This document shows, in pieces, positions 10,671 through 23,429 of a stretch of 64,000 bases of DNA. The DNA is taken from NCBI RefSeq assembly GCF_963853765.1, contig NC_088855.1, positions 4,340,001 through 4,404,000 on the forward strand, given 5' to 3'. The notes under the pieces were generated by a model. The model did no database searches. It was not told the origin of the DNA and saw nothing but the letters and a program-made list of their open reading frames with translations. Made by a program: the position numbers and the translations under genes. Within the stretch, counting starts at the first letter, position 1. Each line of letters opens with the position of its first letter. Source of the DNA: Magallana gigas. Taxonomy: Eukaryota.

Positions 10671-13600
10671 GTCTAGTCCGATTAATATTTTTCGAAAAAA
10701 AAACTTTTAACGGCAAATAATTATTATTTGGCCCATATGGTTTTTTAACATAATTAAAGTGTGCTGATTCCAAAAAATATGCTGGCCTTCATGAAAATGG
10801 CGTTAAGTAGCTCAAAATGGCGATTCAAAATGGCGGACAACCAAATTTTATATTTTTTTCTTATTATATAAAGTCTTTTCATTATTGACAAACAATAATA
10901 AAATGATCCAGCTTAGTATTTTATCATACCTAAAGTGTGCTAGTTTGAAAACATTTGCTGGCCTTCCCGAAAAAGCGTTAATTAGGTCAACATGGCGAAT
11001 CAAAATGGCAGATACCCAGATTTTATATTTTTTTCCTAAAAAAAATTTAAACTAGGGAAAACGCATAAAAACAATACTAATTTAGTCCAGCAAAGTTATT
11101 TTTGCATATTAATTAAGGCGTGCTTAGTCTGAAAAATGTGCTTGCTATGACAAAAATGTCATAATTAGATAAAAATGGCGGTCAAAATGGTCGACAGGCA
11201 AATTCTATAATTCTCTTAAGTCTTAAAAATTGGTCTAGCAAACATTTTTATCATAATTAGGTTGTACCAAGTTTAATGAAATGTGTTGGTCTTCATGAAA
11301 ATAACGTTAATTTTGTCAAAATGGCAATTCAAATTGGTGTATACTAGTAGCCAAATTTCATTAATCTCTATTTAGAATACTAAAGGCCTCTTAAATGGGA
11401 AAATTATTTGAATATCATAATTTCAATACTAATGATGTAACTGACAATCAAATTTGAACACTTGTATTATTAGAAAAAACTCCACCAGGTTTTTATTTGG
11501 ATTTTTTTTTCTGTTTCCCTTGTTAAGCTATAGTACATAATTATGTTATTTATACAATCTTTTTTTAATGATACGATTGTGATTTGAAATTTGCAAATGT
11601 CTACCCGGGAAGTAGGCACGTTTACATTCACACATAAAGGTTCTGCAACCTGTGGGGCAGTTGCAAGATATCAAATCTAAGAAAGCTTTAGGTATTAGAT
11701 CTTAAGGTCATTAGTTCCAGCAACAAACAACCATCACTTAATTTTTTTATCCCATCTCGACTGGGCATGGTAATATGGGCATGCCTATACATGCCTGTCT
11801 CCCTATCATTACCTTGGTGTGTGTTTGTTTCATAAGCAACGTAAGGCAAATCCTAGGTTGGGACATATTCCCGGGCTTTGGTTATAGGAAGAAAGCAAAT
11901 TAAACCGTGTCATAGGGCAAGGGTTTTGGTTATCCATATAACTAAAGAACTTCTCGAACTCTTTGATTTTCTGGTAAGTTAGTTCCCCCTTTTCATACTT
12001 GTTTCTGTTCACTTATTATGTCGATTTTCTCGATATGCTGTAGAAATAAGAAGTTGTGTCACACCATATCAGTGAATGAAATAAACCAAGTGCTAATTCA
12101 AAGTTCTATAAAAGGGGAACATTTTCTCTTCAACAACATTGACAAGGATGTTTATCGGTTTTAAAGAGGTTCATACATCCATCAGCAAACTTAGTTGTGA
12201 GGATATATGTTGCAAATTAACACTGGCATGGCTAGCATAAAAAAGCCTCAACTTTTTCTCTGAATATGAACACGCATTGCTATACTTTCCCCGGCACATT
12301 TGGCCAAACACATGTTAACATTTTTGCAAGAGGTTCTTTTATCTTTAACGAAGACAACGGCAGCTTGATTCCTTATACAATACATAAATTGTCCCTGGTA
12401 ATGTTAAAAAGAGTAAAATTCTTTGGGTTGCCCAAAACATATTGCGCATTCTTATCAATATATATAAAGCTGGACGATATGTTGATCTTGGCTCATTTTG
12501 AATCACGAGCTTTTCAAGTGTATATGAAGATATATTAGTTAGATTTATTTGCTAGAAAGGTATTAAAGGAAGAGACAGACATATACTTGAATAGTTCTTC
12601 ATGTCGTACACTGTTCTTAAGTACCTGATTGTATCTCTGTTATCATATATGACATCGATGTCTTTAAAGCCTTATATTTACATTTTCCGGTGTCTTTGCC
12701 TGTGATAACACTACGTATAGTTTTTCTACTATATAACCCATAATACAAATGACGCCAAAATCGAGGCGCCAGCGGGGTTTGCTATTTTATATTTAAATAT
12801 TTAATCGTATGATGGCTCAAAATAATATAAATATAAGTAATAAGGAATCATTCTTTGAATATTATGAGGTGATAATTTCGGTCGGGGCGTGATCAAATCT
12901 ATCTTAAAGCCCTTCGGGCTTTATTGGATTTGATCACGCCCCGACCAAAATTATTACCTCATAATACTCAAAGAATGATTCCTTATTCCTTATAAAACAC
13001 TAGTTTTATAGAGCAGAAATATTTCTCCTATCTCAAAATTTGCTTTGTAAGCATTTGTTGTATTTCACGAACTTAATTAAACTTAGATGATTAAATAAAA
13101 TCCAGAAAGGTTAATGAACAAGATGGATATTAAAAAGCATGAACACAGAATGTTTAAACAAAATACCGGTATAAGCCTTAATAAGACAAAACGGTAAAAA
13201 TTAACAAGTTTTAGTATAATATGGAATTGTTCTTTTTCTTCGTTAAAGTGTTCCAATCTAATTTTTCATGTGCATATTTGTATAATGTAATACTTACACG
13301 TTTTATCCCTGTAACCGGCTTTAAAAGAGAATTATGAATTCTGGCTGTCGGCCATTTTGAAACGCCATTTTGACCCAAATAACGCCATTTTTGTAAAAAT
13401 AAGATTATATCGTCATACTCTGTATTACCTTATTATGAATAAAATCTTTTTGATGGACCGGACTATAATTGTTTTAATGCTTTGTTTCTTGTTAAAAAAC
13501 TTAAATAGAAAGTGATGAAATCTGGCTGTAGGCCATTTTAAATCGCCATTTTGACCTATTTTACGGAGTTTCTGTCATAGCTTGCATATTTCTTAGGACT

Positions 13601-14404
13601 CAGCATGTCTTAGTTATATTGATAAACTTTGCTGGACTAAATTACACTTGTTGGTCTCATGCTTTTTTCAGTTTTAAGAAACTTTATAGAAAAAATATGA
13701 AATCTGGCTGTCCGCCACTTTGACATTAAGGCATCGCTTTGGTGGAAACCAGCATGATTCCCAAGACTAAGCACGTCTTATTAATGATTTGAAAATGTAT
13801 TTAAAAAATTATAATTGTTTGTTTCTCGCCTTTTCACCATTTAAGAAACTAAAGGGAAAAAATATAAAATCTAGATGCCCACCATTATGAATCGCCATTT
13901 TTTTTTTGGTTAATTTAAGACATTTTCTTAAAAATGGCATATTATTCCTGACTATCCGCACCTAAATTATGATTAAAAGCTAAGCTGGACTAAATATTCA
14001 TTGTTTGTCCCACGCTTTATGTCCATTTATAACGAATTAACAAAAGTTTGTTATCCACCATTTTAAATCGCCACTTTGACCTAATTAACCACATTTGTGG
14101 AAAGCCAGCATAATTGTAAGACTCAGCACACATTGGATATGATGAAATGCTATTTTGGATCAATTCATTAGTGATTGGCATTATATTTTCCCATTGAAGA
14201 GGCTTTAAGAGAAAAATTTGTAGATTGGCTGTCCGCCATTTAGAATTGCTATTTTGACCTACTTAACGCCATTTTCATGAAGGCCAGCATATTTTTTCAG
14301 ACTTAGCATACTTTAATTATGATAAAAAACCATGCTGGACCAAATAATAATTTTTTGGCGTTAAAACGTATTTCTAGAGTTCTTTTTAGAAATTAGAACT
14401 AGAC
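10671..14404. mobile_element. Foldback element with long modular inverted arms nested in the Harbinger-like element
   Basis: gtctagt... / ...actagac termini. Left arm (10671-~11360) and right arm (~13340-14404) are inverted arrays of ~170-bp units containing aaaatggcg/cgccatttt. For example, gctggccttcatgaaaatggcgttaagtag is present in both orientations. Confidence 0.75.
12839..12987. repeat. 149-bp near-perfect hairpin (palindromic mini-element)
   Basis: aataaggaatcattctttga..cggtcggggcgtgatcaaatc pairs with gatttgatcacgccccgacc..tcaaagaatgattccttatt around a central aaagcccttcgggcttt stem-loop. Confidence 0.85.
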
Positions 14405-15102
14405 AAGCATGATCGCACGTCCAATCGCATTGGCGCACGTTCAATCGTCCGATCACCTGGTCTCTCGCACGATCCTATCGCAATATCTTTCAACAGTTGC
14501 TTTCATTGTACAACAGTCGCATACAGACGCAAGATATATTGCAAGATTTAATGCGATTACATCGCACAACGCTAGCTTCGATCGTGCAAATTTCGTTCGA
14601 AAACTTTTTATCAAATGCAATTATTTCGGCAACGGTTTACGATTCATATCGATTCCATAGGTCGCACGAATATTCAATCGCTTCTGGTCGTGTGCCAATT
14701 GTGAAAGGGGCTTCAGATGGGTAAAGGACATATACAGTCACGTCGAATAGTTTACCGAAATCTATGTCAAGTTAAATATTTGCATCTTAACGTATAAATA
14801 AATGTATGCCGGAAAATAAGTTGAGTGCGTAAGAGGTATTTTTGCATCCACAGTTTATAAAAAAAATCATACATGACACGATTTTTAGTCATATTTTGTG
14901 GCGTATTTGGAGTAAAAAGTTTTACATGAGGTTGAGTAAAAATATACATCATGCTTCTTATAATTAGACATTTCACTAACTATAGGCCAATAAAACACGG
15001 TTTGTCTTTAGTAATTCATCTCTTAACTTTGCTACACGTCTGATGAATGTTTATGTGATCCGCCATTCATATCGCCACTACGCATGAGTGTATTCCTTTT
15101 AA

Positions 15103-17560
15103 AGGAATGATCGGCAATAATGATATATTGATATCTAAAAGCAATCAGCATGATCAGTTTGATGTAAAATAATTAAAAAAGTACTGTATATTTTTACAAA
15201 ATATAGAATATTTTGAATCTGTACACCATTATTTCATCATTATAAACCGTCAACAAATTTAATTTTGAAATAAATTTGGGGAAAGCCGTTCGTAAACTCC
15301 TTTTCTAGTTTTATATTTTTAACGTAATTATTAAATGTTAATGTATCTTCTTCTTCTTCAGAATACTGAGAAGGGCTCTTCAAAGAGCATTAAAACGTAT
15401 ACAAAGAAAAAGTTGTATTAAAATAATTTAATGCGACTGAAAAACATTGAATGCCATCATAACTTGCTATTGGGGTCGCATTATAACGTAACCTTGTTTT
15501 TAAATCAAGCCGTCTTCCTAACTACTATTATGCAACATCAATAGATCGAGGTCAGTTCATGGAGCATCTTCTTATGATTGAGGTCAGTTCATCGAGGTCA
15601 ACTGCATTACTGAATGAATCTTTCGATCGAAATTCTTACGCGTGAGACAAAATGTGCATTCTTGAATTAACAGGTCGAACTGTATTTTATGTGTGTTTGC
15701 ATCTCTTAAGGTAAATGAATTGAAATAAAACTGAGTTAAATGTTATATAAATACTAAACCAAACTTCAAGTTTTATAAGAACTACTTATGCAAGCGGAAT
15801 GTGTGCGCACGTGGAAGCATTTGCCGGATGCCTCATATGGACACAACTGTGATCGGCCGAAGCCGATTACAAAAACCTAGCATTGAAAACACTATGGAAG
15901 AACAGTTTGTTTACAAAATAGATTTACGTTTGTTATGTCTTAAATTAGATAATTCTTATATCAGATGATACTCGAAGCATAATTATTCCCATATTTATTA
16001 ATGTAGAACGATATAAATTGTTAATTATGTGTAATAAAGATGAAATACGATTTAAGCATCATTGACACGGTAAACGGAGTAAATATCCCCTCTCTTATTT
16101 AGGGATACATGTACTGAAAGTGTTTATTTATTCTTTATTAAAAATTCCTCTAAACAAAATTCCACATGTGGTTTATAACTTATGAAGTAAAGACACGGAA
16201 CACATGGAGCACGAACCTGATAAGCAAAACCCTTACAACTTCACGAAAAAATTATGTTTCATTCGGCTTCAATTCCTCTTCCATCAATCTACATGGTCTT
16301 CCCTTTTTTCCTATCCCTGTCGGTCTGTCTCCTTTTTTTTTTCATTGCCAACCTGTCAAACTTAACGATATACCTATCTTTCTCGTCGTCGCCATTGTTG
16401 TTAATACACCGAGATGGGTGTCACATGACCCATTTAAGGCGGGGTTATTCAAATCTTTTGTATTTTTTTTCTTTGAGTTTACAACACGACGAACGACACA
16501 CAAATTCTGGTTGACTACTAGAAATGCATTATTGGGGCATTGTATGCATTAAAAAAACCCAGAAAATTAAGTTTTCACCAAAATACTGACCATACCCTTT
16601 AACACTTTACACCTTCCAAGGGTTACAAAAAGATGCTTGACCAAAAGATAGCTTGGTACCATATAAAAAATTACCGCACGGCGACAGTTTCCTGAAAGAA
16701 AATATGGTACATTTCATTATATTAAACAACTCACGTGTTTCTCTAATTTCTTTCAAATGTTAAAAAACATGATTTTTTAAATTTCTTAGATCTTTGTTAT
16801 TCGATTGATTTATAAAGTGTAATTTTGTGAAAGTTATATCTTTAAGCAAAGAAATGAAGCAAAAAATCAGATCTTATTATTGTTATTCACTAAAAATACG
16901 CCATATATAGCTTTAAGTACCGTTTTGGTATTTCGATTTTCATTTTAGACATTTACATTAATATAATTCCAGTGCAAAAATATCATTTCTATAAGAAAAA
17001 CATTTTTGTAAGATTTATAGAATTTTCTACCTATATTCTTAAAGTAATTATTTTTGAAATTTATATTTAGACGGGATTTTAACAAATCTTTTATAGGATT
17101 TTACGTTGTATCAAGAATTCATTATTTTGTGAAAACAAAAATTCTTATAGGAAAACTATCTGTCTACATTAAATTTCTACATGTTTATCTTTCAAATTTT
17201 TATCTTTGGAAAATTTGTTTCTCTCTTTAGGTTTTATAATTTCCCAATCAATATTAATTTTGGAAGACAAATATCTCGTCTGTTGGAGGAAGCACACTAA
17301 AATAGTGAATTGCACTCCTCTGTTATATTCTTTCATTTACCTTTTTTTTTTTTTACGAAACTATATCAAAAGTTGGAGCAAAAATGTCTCCATGGTACTG
17401 TCATAGATATCCGGTGTGATGTTACATAAGTTTATATTTTTAATGACAAACTGTATTACAAAGGAGAAGTTATCATTCATAAGATTACTATATAAAAATA
17501 AAGTTATAATAAAAACTTATTTAATGGTATCTGTCCCAACGTCGTTAAATGCACATTCCT
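15103..17560. mobile_element. Possible Kolobok-like non-autonomous element
   Basis: TTAA|AGGAATG ... CATTCCT|TTAA. The TIR is only 7 bp and there is no recognisable coding content. Confidence 0.35.
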
Positions 17561-18053
17561 TTAAAAGATAAACAGTAGGGCACGATATTTTTATGACATG
17601 TCTTCCATTTTACTTAGAGAAATTGACTACAATAAAAATAAATTGTTTCTGTGCATTTATAATAAAAAAAAATTTACAGAATTTATTGAATTGGAAGATT
17701 TTGTAATACTTTACAATTTTTTAAAACATTATTCTGTGGGTACTTTGAGCGTTTTGCAATACATAAATAATCTTCGCAGTAATTTCATTTTGCTGTTTAT
17801 CTTTAGCTGTTTTTCCCTGATGCGACAAAGAGAACAAACAGAAATGATCTTTACCATTAAAATAATGAGTGTAGTTTAAACAAAAGGGCATATATAAACA
17901 TTGAAATGTTAAGTAAAAGTCGCGGTAATTCGGGACAGAATATACTGGTTTAATATTTTCACTTTAATGCTAGTTTCATAAATTTTGTTAAAATTTCATT
18001 GGGTGACTTCGTCATCTTTGTTTTTAATACTGATTTTAATGTATTTATTACAG

Positions 18054-21000
18054 GGTTTCTTCCAGCATGTTTCTCCTGGGTTACTGTATATCAACCATAT
18101 ACAGTTGTTTTGCCATTTCAGCTGATTCCTGCATCATGAATTCATTATCAATGAAACACGAGCAGAAATCATTTGCAGACCTTCTGCTTGAGGAACGAAA
18201 TATGATTTTTTTTAATTTGGTTTTCAATCAATCAAATTCTGATAAATTTGTGGAGGAAAGAAAATTAGAAAGATGGGTTTGGGTTGCCAACGACTATCGA
18301 TATATTTTGAGTTATCCTGAAGATGTGGATGTTTTCAGCTTTGGTTTATTGAAAGCTAAACAAGGTACCATAGAAGTGGAAATAAACATGGAGAATCTAA
18401 CCGAAGCTTGTAAGAGTCATTTCAATTCCTACTTGGCTCAACATATTTCAAAGATTGTACAGAGAAACAGTTCAATCACAGATAACGCCTTCAACCCATC
18501 TGAAGGATACATATGCCATTCTAAGCTTGAAATTGGCAACTTGAAACAAAAAGTCAGCGATTTTTCCGCTGTTAAACTTGGGTATCAATTCTGGTGTTAC
18601 ACGGACAACAACACATGTGCGGTTGTAGAGAAGTCATATGTAAACTACATAGTCATCTTTATAATATTTTTTACCTATTGTTTCTATCCCCTTGCAATAG
18701 AATCCGCATTTTATATAGAAGATAAAAAAACGGTTCAGGGTTCATATTATATGTCCGAGTCTCCCTATAGTCCTTCAGTGTTTTGTAAGCGAATTCTTTT
18801 CGCAGGAAATAATAAATACCTAGCAACGCTGCGTATAATATCATTAGTAACAGCCCTAACAACTGGAATTTATTACATCAAATCAGAGGTTCATGACCGT
18901 TGTAACTGTTTGTTGAGGTCTTCAAATGATAATCAAAGTTTTCAGCATGCAGAAAATATGTATATCAACAATAAATTTGCTGTAGCTTTAGGAGTTATAC
19001 AATTTCTGATGATCAATATATGTGTTCTGGTAAATTCTAATGGTATTTTAGATGATTTCATTATTTTGGATACCACAAACAGTTGTAAACAAGGCACGTT
19101 TTTAAAAACAGTGAAAGTCTCTGAATTTTTATTAGAAGATGACGAGGAAAGAAATCAAGACAAGGAACAAATAGAACAGAGAAATAATTTAGTGTCCCGA
19201 AAAATTCAAAAAATATTTCTTGTACTGACTTATTCCTTTTGGTCAAAATTATTTTTCATTAATAGTTGCACACGCTCATGTTGTTGTAATAAAGACAACG
19301 GTTGCGTATGTTTCAGTGTGCGCATACAGTCAGGCATTTGTTTCTTTATAAATGTTGCCCTCGTGTTAGGTAGTACGTTTTGCCCTTTGGTTTCAAATGT
19401 TTACATATTTTTTGTCAATTTCTTAAATGTAGTAACTTGTAAAGGATGTAAAGCATTAATACCGTGTGTGGAAAAATGTCAGAAAAGCGAAATTAAAGAT
19501 CAAATACCAAACAAAAATGGGGAAAAAGATATCAGTAGAACAGAAGATGTAAACATAGGAATAGTTGGCGAACCGATTGAGAACGTCGGAATTGAAAATG
19601 TTAACTTAGAAATATGCGATGAACAGAGTAAGCACACCGGTAATGAGGAAATTTGTAAGGGAGAAATAAACGAAAATGTTAATGATATTTCAAAGACTGA
19701 GTCTTGTAAGAATTTCTGGTTACAGTCATTTTCTCACGGCATTACGATTTTTCTCCTTGTTTTGATGTACAAGTTATCATTCAATATCTTTTTTTGTGGT
19801 TTGAGCTATGTAATACAATTCTTTATATTTACATTGTTACTGGCTGTGCCTCATTTTCCAATTCAATATTATGTTTACATTATTTTTTTTACATCTGTTA
19901 TCATTTATATTTCCAGGTTTGTTTTTCAATTCATCAAACTTTACAGAAATTTATTGGAAACAATTCTCGAAATCCAAGAGCAAACTAGTATTCCAATTAA
20001 TCATTTTGATAGGATCGTTGCAAAACACTTTCCTTTATCTAACGAACTGTTTTACTTGCTTGTGAAAATAATGCTTTCGGGTCTATTTTTTGCAATAATA
20101 TATGATACAATGCAGAATGTAGGTTATATAAGATTTGGAGCACAGCCAGATTTGACTACTATTATTTCCTTGATTTTTTTATTTGGACCACCACGTATAG
20201 TAGAGGCAATGTTGGTGAGAGACTTTACAAGTCGTGTTCACATGAAAGAAAAGGAAATTAAAGATGAACTTGTAAAAATTAAAGCGGAGAAGGATACTAA
20301 AAGATCAAAGTCTAATAAAACAATGTCAATTCTTCATGCAGTTTTAACTGAAGAAGAGAGGGAACTCACTTCTGTGAAAAAATGTATAGAATGCTGGAGA
20401 AAAGTAAGACCCGGAGAAGCATACACAACAGAAGAGAAAACACCTGGATGCTGTCTTTGTATTTTCAGCTTGCTGTGTTGTGGCTGTTGCAACTTTGCGT
20501 TTGATGATAAAGGAAATAGTAAATGTTGTGTCAAATTGAAAAAAAAATCCAAAACAAAAAAGAGATTTGAAGAGGAATCAACCACATCGAAAGAGGAAAC
20601 ATCCACATCGGAAGAAGAAACATCCGAAAAACCCACAAACAACCGTTGTAATTATGTACCAGACTGCTTTTGGTGTAGGTGGTTAGGCATGTTTTTCTGT
20701 GGCTGTTGTAATTTTCCGTTAGACGATGAAGGAAATTGTAAATGTTGCGTCATATTGACAACAAATGCCAAATCAAATAAGACAACCGACAGCTCTGAAG
20801 AACATTATAAAATTCCGTGTTTATGTGTAAAAGACTGTCTAAACAAAGACACTGGCGAAAACCCTGAAGAGAAAATGAATCTTTTTAACGAACTTAAAAC
20901 AGACACTTTATACAAAATAACAGTAGATACTGTTGATGAAATCAGACCCCGCATCATATACAATGCCAAAGCTGAAATTATAAACGACGGCATAATAGAG

Positions 21001-21534
21001 CTTGAAAAAATAAGCATTTCAGATAAATCCGATGAAAACAAACAACGAAATGAAAATAACAGTAATGAAACTAGCATAGAAAAAAGCAATGAAAGCATTA
21101 ACAATTGTTCGGAAAATGAGCTCAGTACAAAACCTAAAATAATAGATATTGTATCCCAAAAAGATGAACATGACAATGGAAAAAACAACGCGTTCGGCAA
21201 TGCAGGAAATGCTCGCACCGCAGACGCTGCCGATGAAAAATTACAACAGCATGAAACCAGCAACAGTAATGAAACTGGCAACGAAAGTGTTAAGATCGTA
21301 TATGAACGTTCTGCAATTGGACCCTTTGCAAAACCCGGTACTAAAAATAAAGTTGCCGCAATAATTGAACATGGTGCCAGTAAACCAAGCCTCATTAAAG
21401 AAGAAAATGATAATCACTTAGACAAAGAATCTGAAAATCAAGACAACGAAGAACATAAAGGAAAAGACATTGAAGATACTAAATATAAAGTCGATGAAAG
21501 CATTGAACTTCAATCTTTTAAAACTAAACTCTAA
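18054..21534 (+). CDS. Paralogue A main exon: uncharacterised multi-pass membrane protein, 1160 aa when spliced to AT at 2154-2155
   Basis: 3.5-kb uninterrupted ORF behind acceptor gtatttattacag|G. Hydrophobic N-terminus (MVSSSMFLLGYCISTIYSCFA), WVWVANDYRYILSYPEDVDVFSFGLLKAK motif, about 8-10 hydrophobic segments, FLFGPPR motif, Cys-rich modules and a long acidic Asn/Glu-rich tail. Homologous to three other copies in the window. AATAAA near 21626. Confidence 0.92.
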
Positions 21535-22199
21535 TCAGAAAATGAAAATAAGCAAAAGCCCAGAGCAAACGATACTTGAGAAATTAAATTCATAATTTTA
21601 TTCCATGATAGATGAATTATCGAAGGAATAAAAAAAGACAGGTAAAAATGGACACTTGCTGCGGTTAACACTATACTTAAAATGACGCAAAAAACAAGCA
21701 ATGAACTGGTTTGACCAAATGTAATTTCTGGATAAATATGTACATATAATACTATCATTTAAATCACGTGATCGGAAAACTGTTTTATATTTTTAGTTTT
21801 TTAGATAACGATCAACTGATACTCAATATTTTTTTTTTTGCTTGTTAAGAGTTTTTGGATGAGTCTGGCCCCCCACTTTCAAAAACGATGCTACGTGCCT
21901 GTACTGAAAATAAAATTTAAAGTAAAAAAAGAAATTCTACCCCAGGGCCAGGGTGCCCCTAAAAGAATTCTACCTTAATTTATTCCATAGAACAGAACTT
22001 ATCAAAATATTCTAGTTTTTCTTTTAGAGGCAAGCCGGTCCTGAAGGATATCTAGGCCAAAAACCATGCAGAAATATATTATTTTACTGAGAAAATGCTG
22101 CTTTCGCCAACTTTGAAGACTAATAGTTAAACTGCAAGAGCAATATGATAGGTTCAAAATGCAAATTCGAAAATTTTAAAAATATACGTATACGATAGA

Positions 22200-23060
22200 A
22201 AAAAAAAACTTCCTCAGCTCCCATTCAGCACAAATATCTTTAATTAACTTCTTATAAGGCCATTCACCATTATTTGAGGTACTAGTGTAATATTTTCTAC
22301 ATACCGGTTTTTCTGAGACTTCGACCCTATTATATTTCCCCCATATTTCGTGATTTTCAGCTTTTTAGACCTCTCCCAGCTAAGTCCTTGCAAAGGGTTA
22401 ACATTCCACAGTGTGTGCATGTTGCACCATCACATGTCAGAAACATAACAATGTGTAGATTACTATATCACATCCACATACTTTTTACGTTATTTTACCT
22501 CCCACCTGCAACTTGCAATTTCATTTTGTAAAGTCAACACAACAATCATAGCCGCAATTTTTGCATTTTTACTTCTGATTCTCATGTACACTATGGGCCT
22601 ACATAGTGCATACTAATTTAAACAAGAGACATCCCTCTAACTAATGATAATCATTAAAATTCATTTCATGAATTTAAGCAACACTGATTAGCCTTCAAGT
22701 ACTGCAACTCTCAATTTTACAATATATTCACCGAATACTCTATCCGAAACGTTCCCCTTTCTATCTGATGTTAATGAGTGGTCTCTTTTTTCCATTTTGA
22801 AACTTGCCTTAATATATGCATAGTACAATTAGGTCTTGTATTTTTCATTCAACACTTCCCGACTTTTTGCAATATATAATCGCACATTAATTTTCTAACA
22901 TTTAACGTGAATATAATTTCTGAAAATTTTGATGTTTCGTAGAGAATTACTCTGTATATCTTTTTTTTTCTGACATGTTATCAATGTATATATAACCTTT
23001 TTTCAAAATAAATTTTATTCCTAAAAATTTAATCTTTTATTTTCTTTTTTAAAAATTGTA
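22200..23060 (-). mobile_element. Highly degraded non-LTR (L1/Tx1-like) ORF2 3' fragment
   Basis: Minus-strand broken reading includes NIKIFRNY, CRWEVK and KVCGCDIVIYTLLCF, resembling the RT-associated zinc-finger region. Confidence 0.4.
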
Positions 23061-23429
23061 TTCAAATTTTCAAGTACAAGTTCATAGCTTCACATATAAT
23101 TAGATTACAATGCATTACAGTGCATACACATCACATTTTTTTTCATTCTGGACAGAGATATAAACACAGTCACATACCGTAGATAAACATGCAAATGTAC
23201 AGACAAGTGTGTACACCGACAAACAGACATATATATACAGAAAACAATGTCAAATATGTTCTTTAATCTACTCCTTAACCATGGAAGTATGAAGTATTTT
23301 TGGGAGTTGATTTTAATCAACTCTCCTATGCACTTACTCGGGCAAAACGAAAGTGAAACAGTGTTTGGACCTAAGCACAAATCAATACAATACCGATAAA
23401 TTCGATCCTATGTATTCTGAAACATTGTT

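Larger units (their letters stand above)
9685..14712. mobile_element. PIF/Harbinger-like non-autonomous TIR element (5.0 kb including nested insertions)
   Basis: TIR agcccctttcacaattggcgcacga matches the reverse complement of 14688-14712 at 24/25. Flanks are TTA / TCA (Harbinger TWA-type TSD with one mismatch). Subterminal arms are rich in atcgcacga-like motifs. Confidence 0.8.

Noticed and set aside
16166-16552. 128-aa and 86-aa overlapping ORFs
   Set aside because: No recognisable motifs. F/S/L-rich composition from T-rich DNA inside a probable non-autonomous element.
18067-18069. ATG at 18067 (and TTG at 60895) as the true start codons
   Set aside because: The frame is open back to a conserved acceptor in three paralogues and D lacks this ATG. 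A split ATG explains all copies, although 18067 could still be a secondary start.
20334-21395. Minus-strand 102-aa and 196-aa ORFs
   Set aside because: Antisense shadows of the A-rich low-complexity tail of paralogue A.
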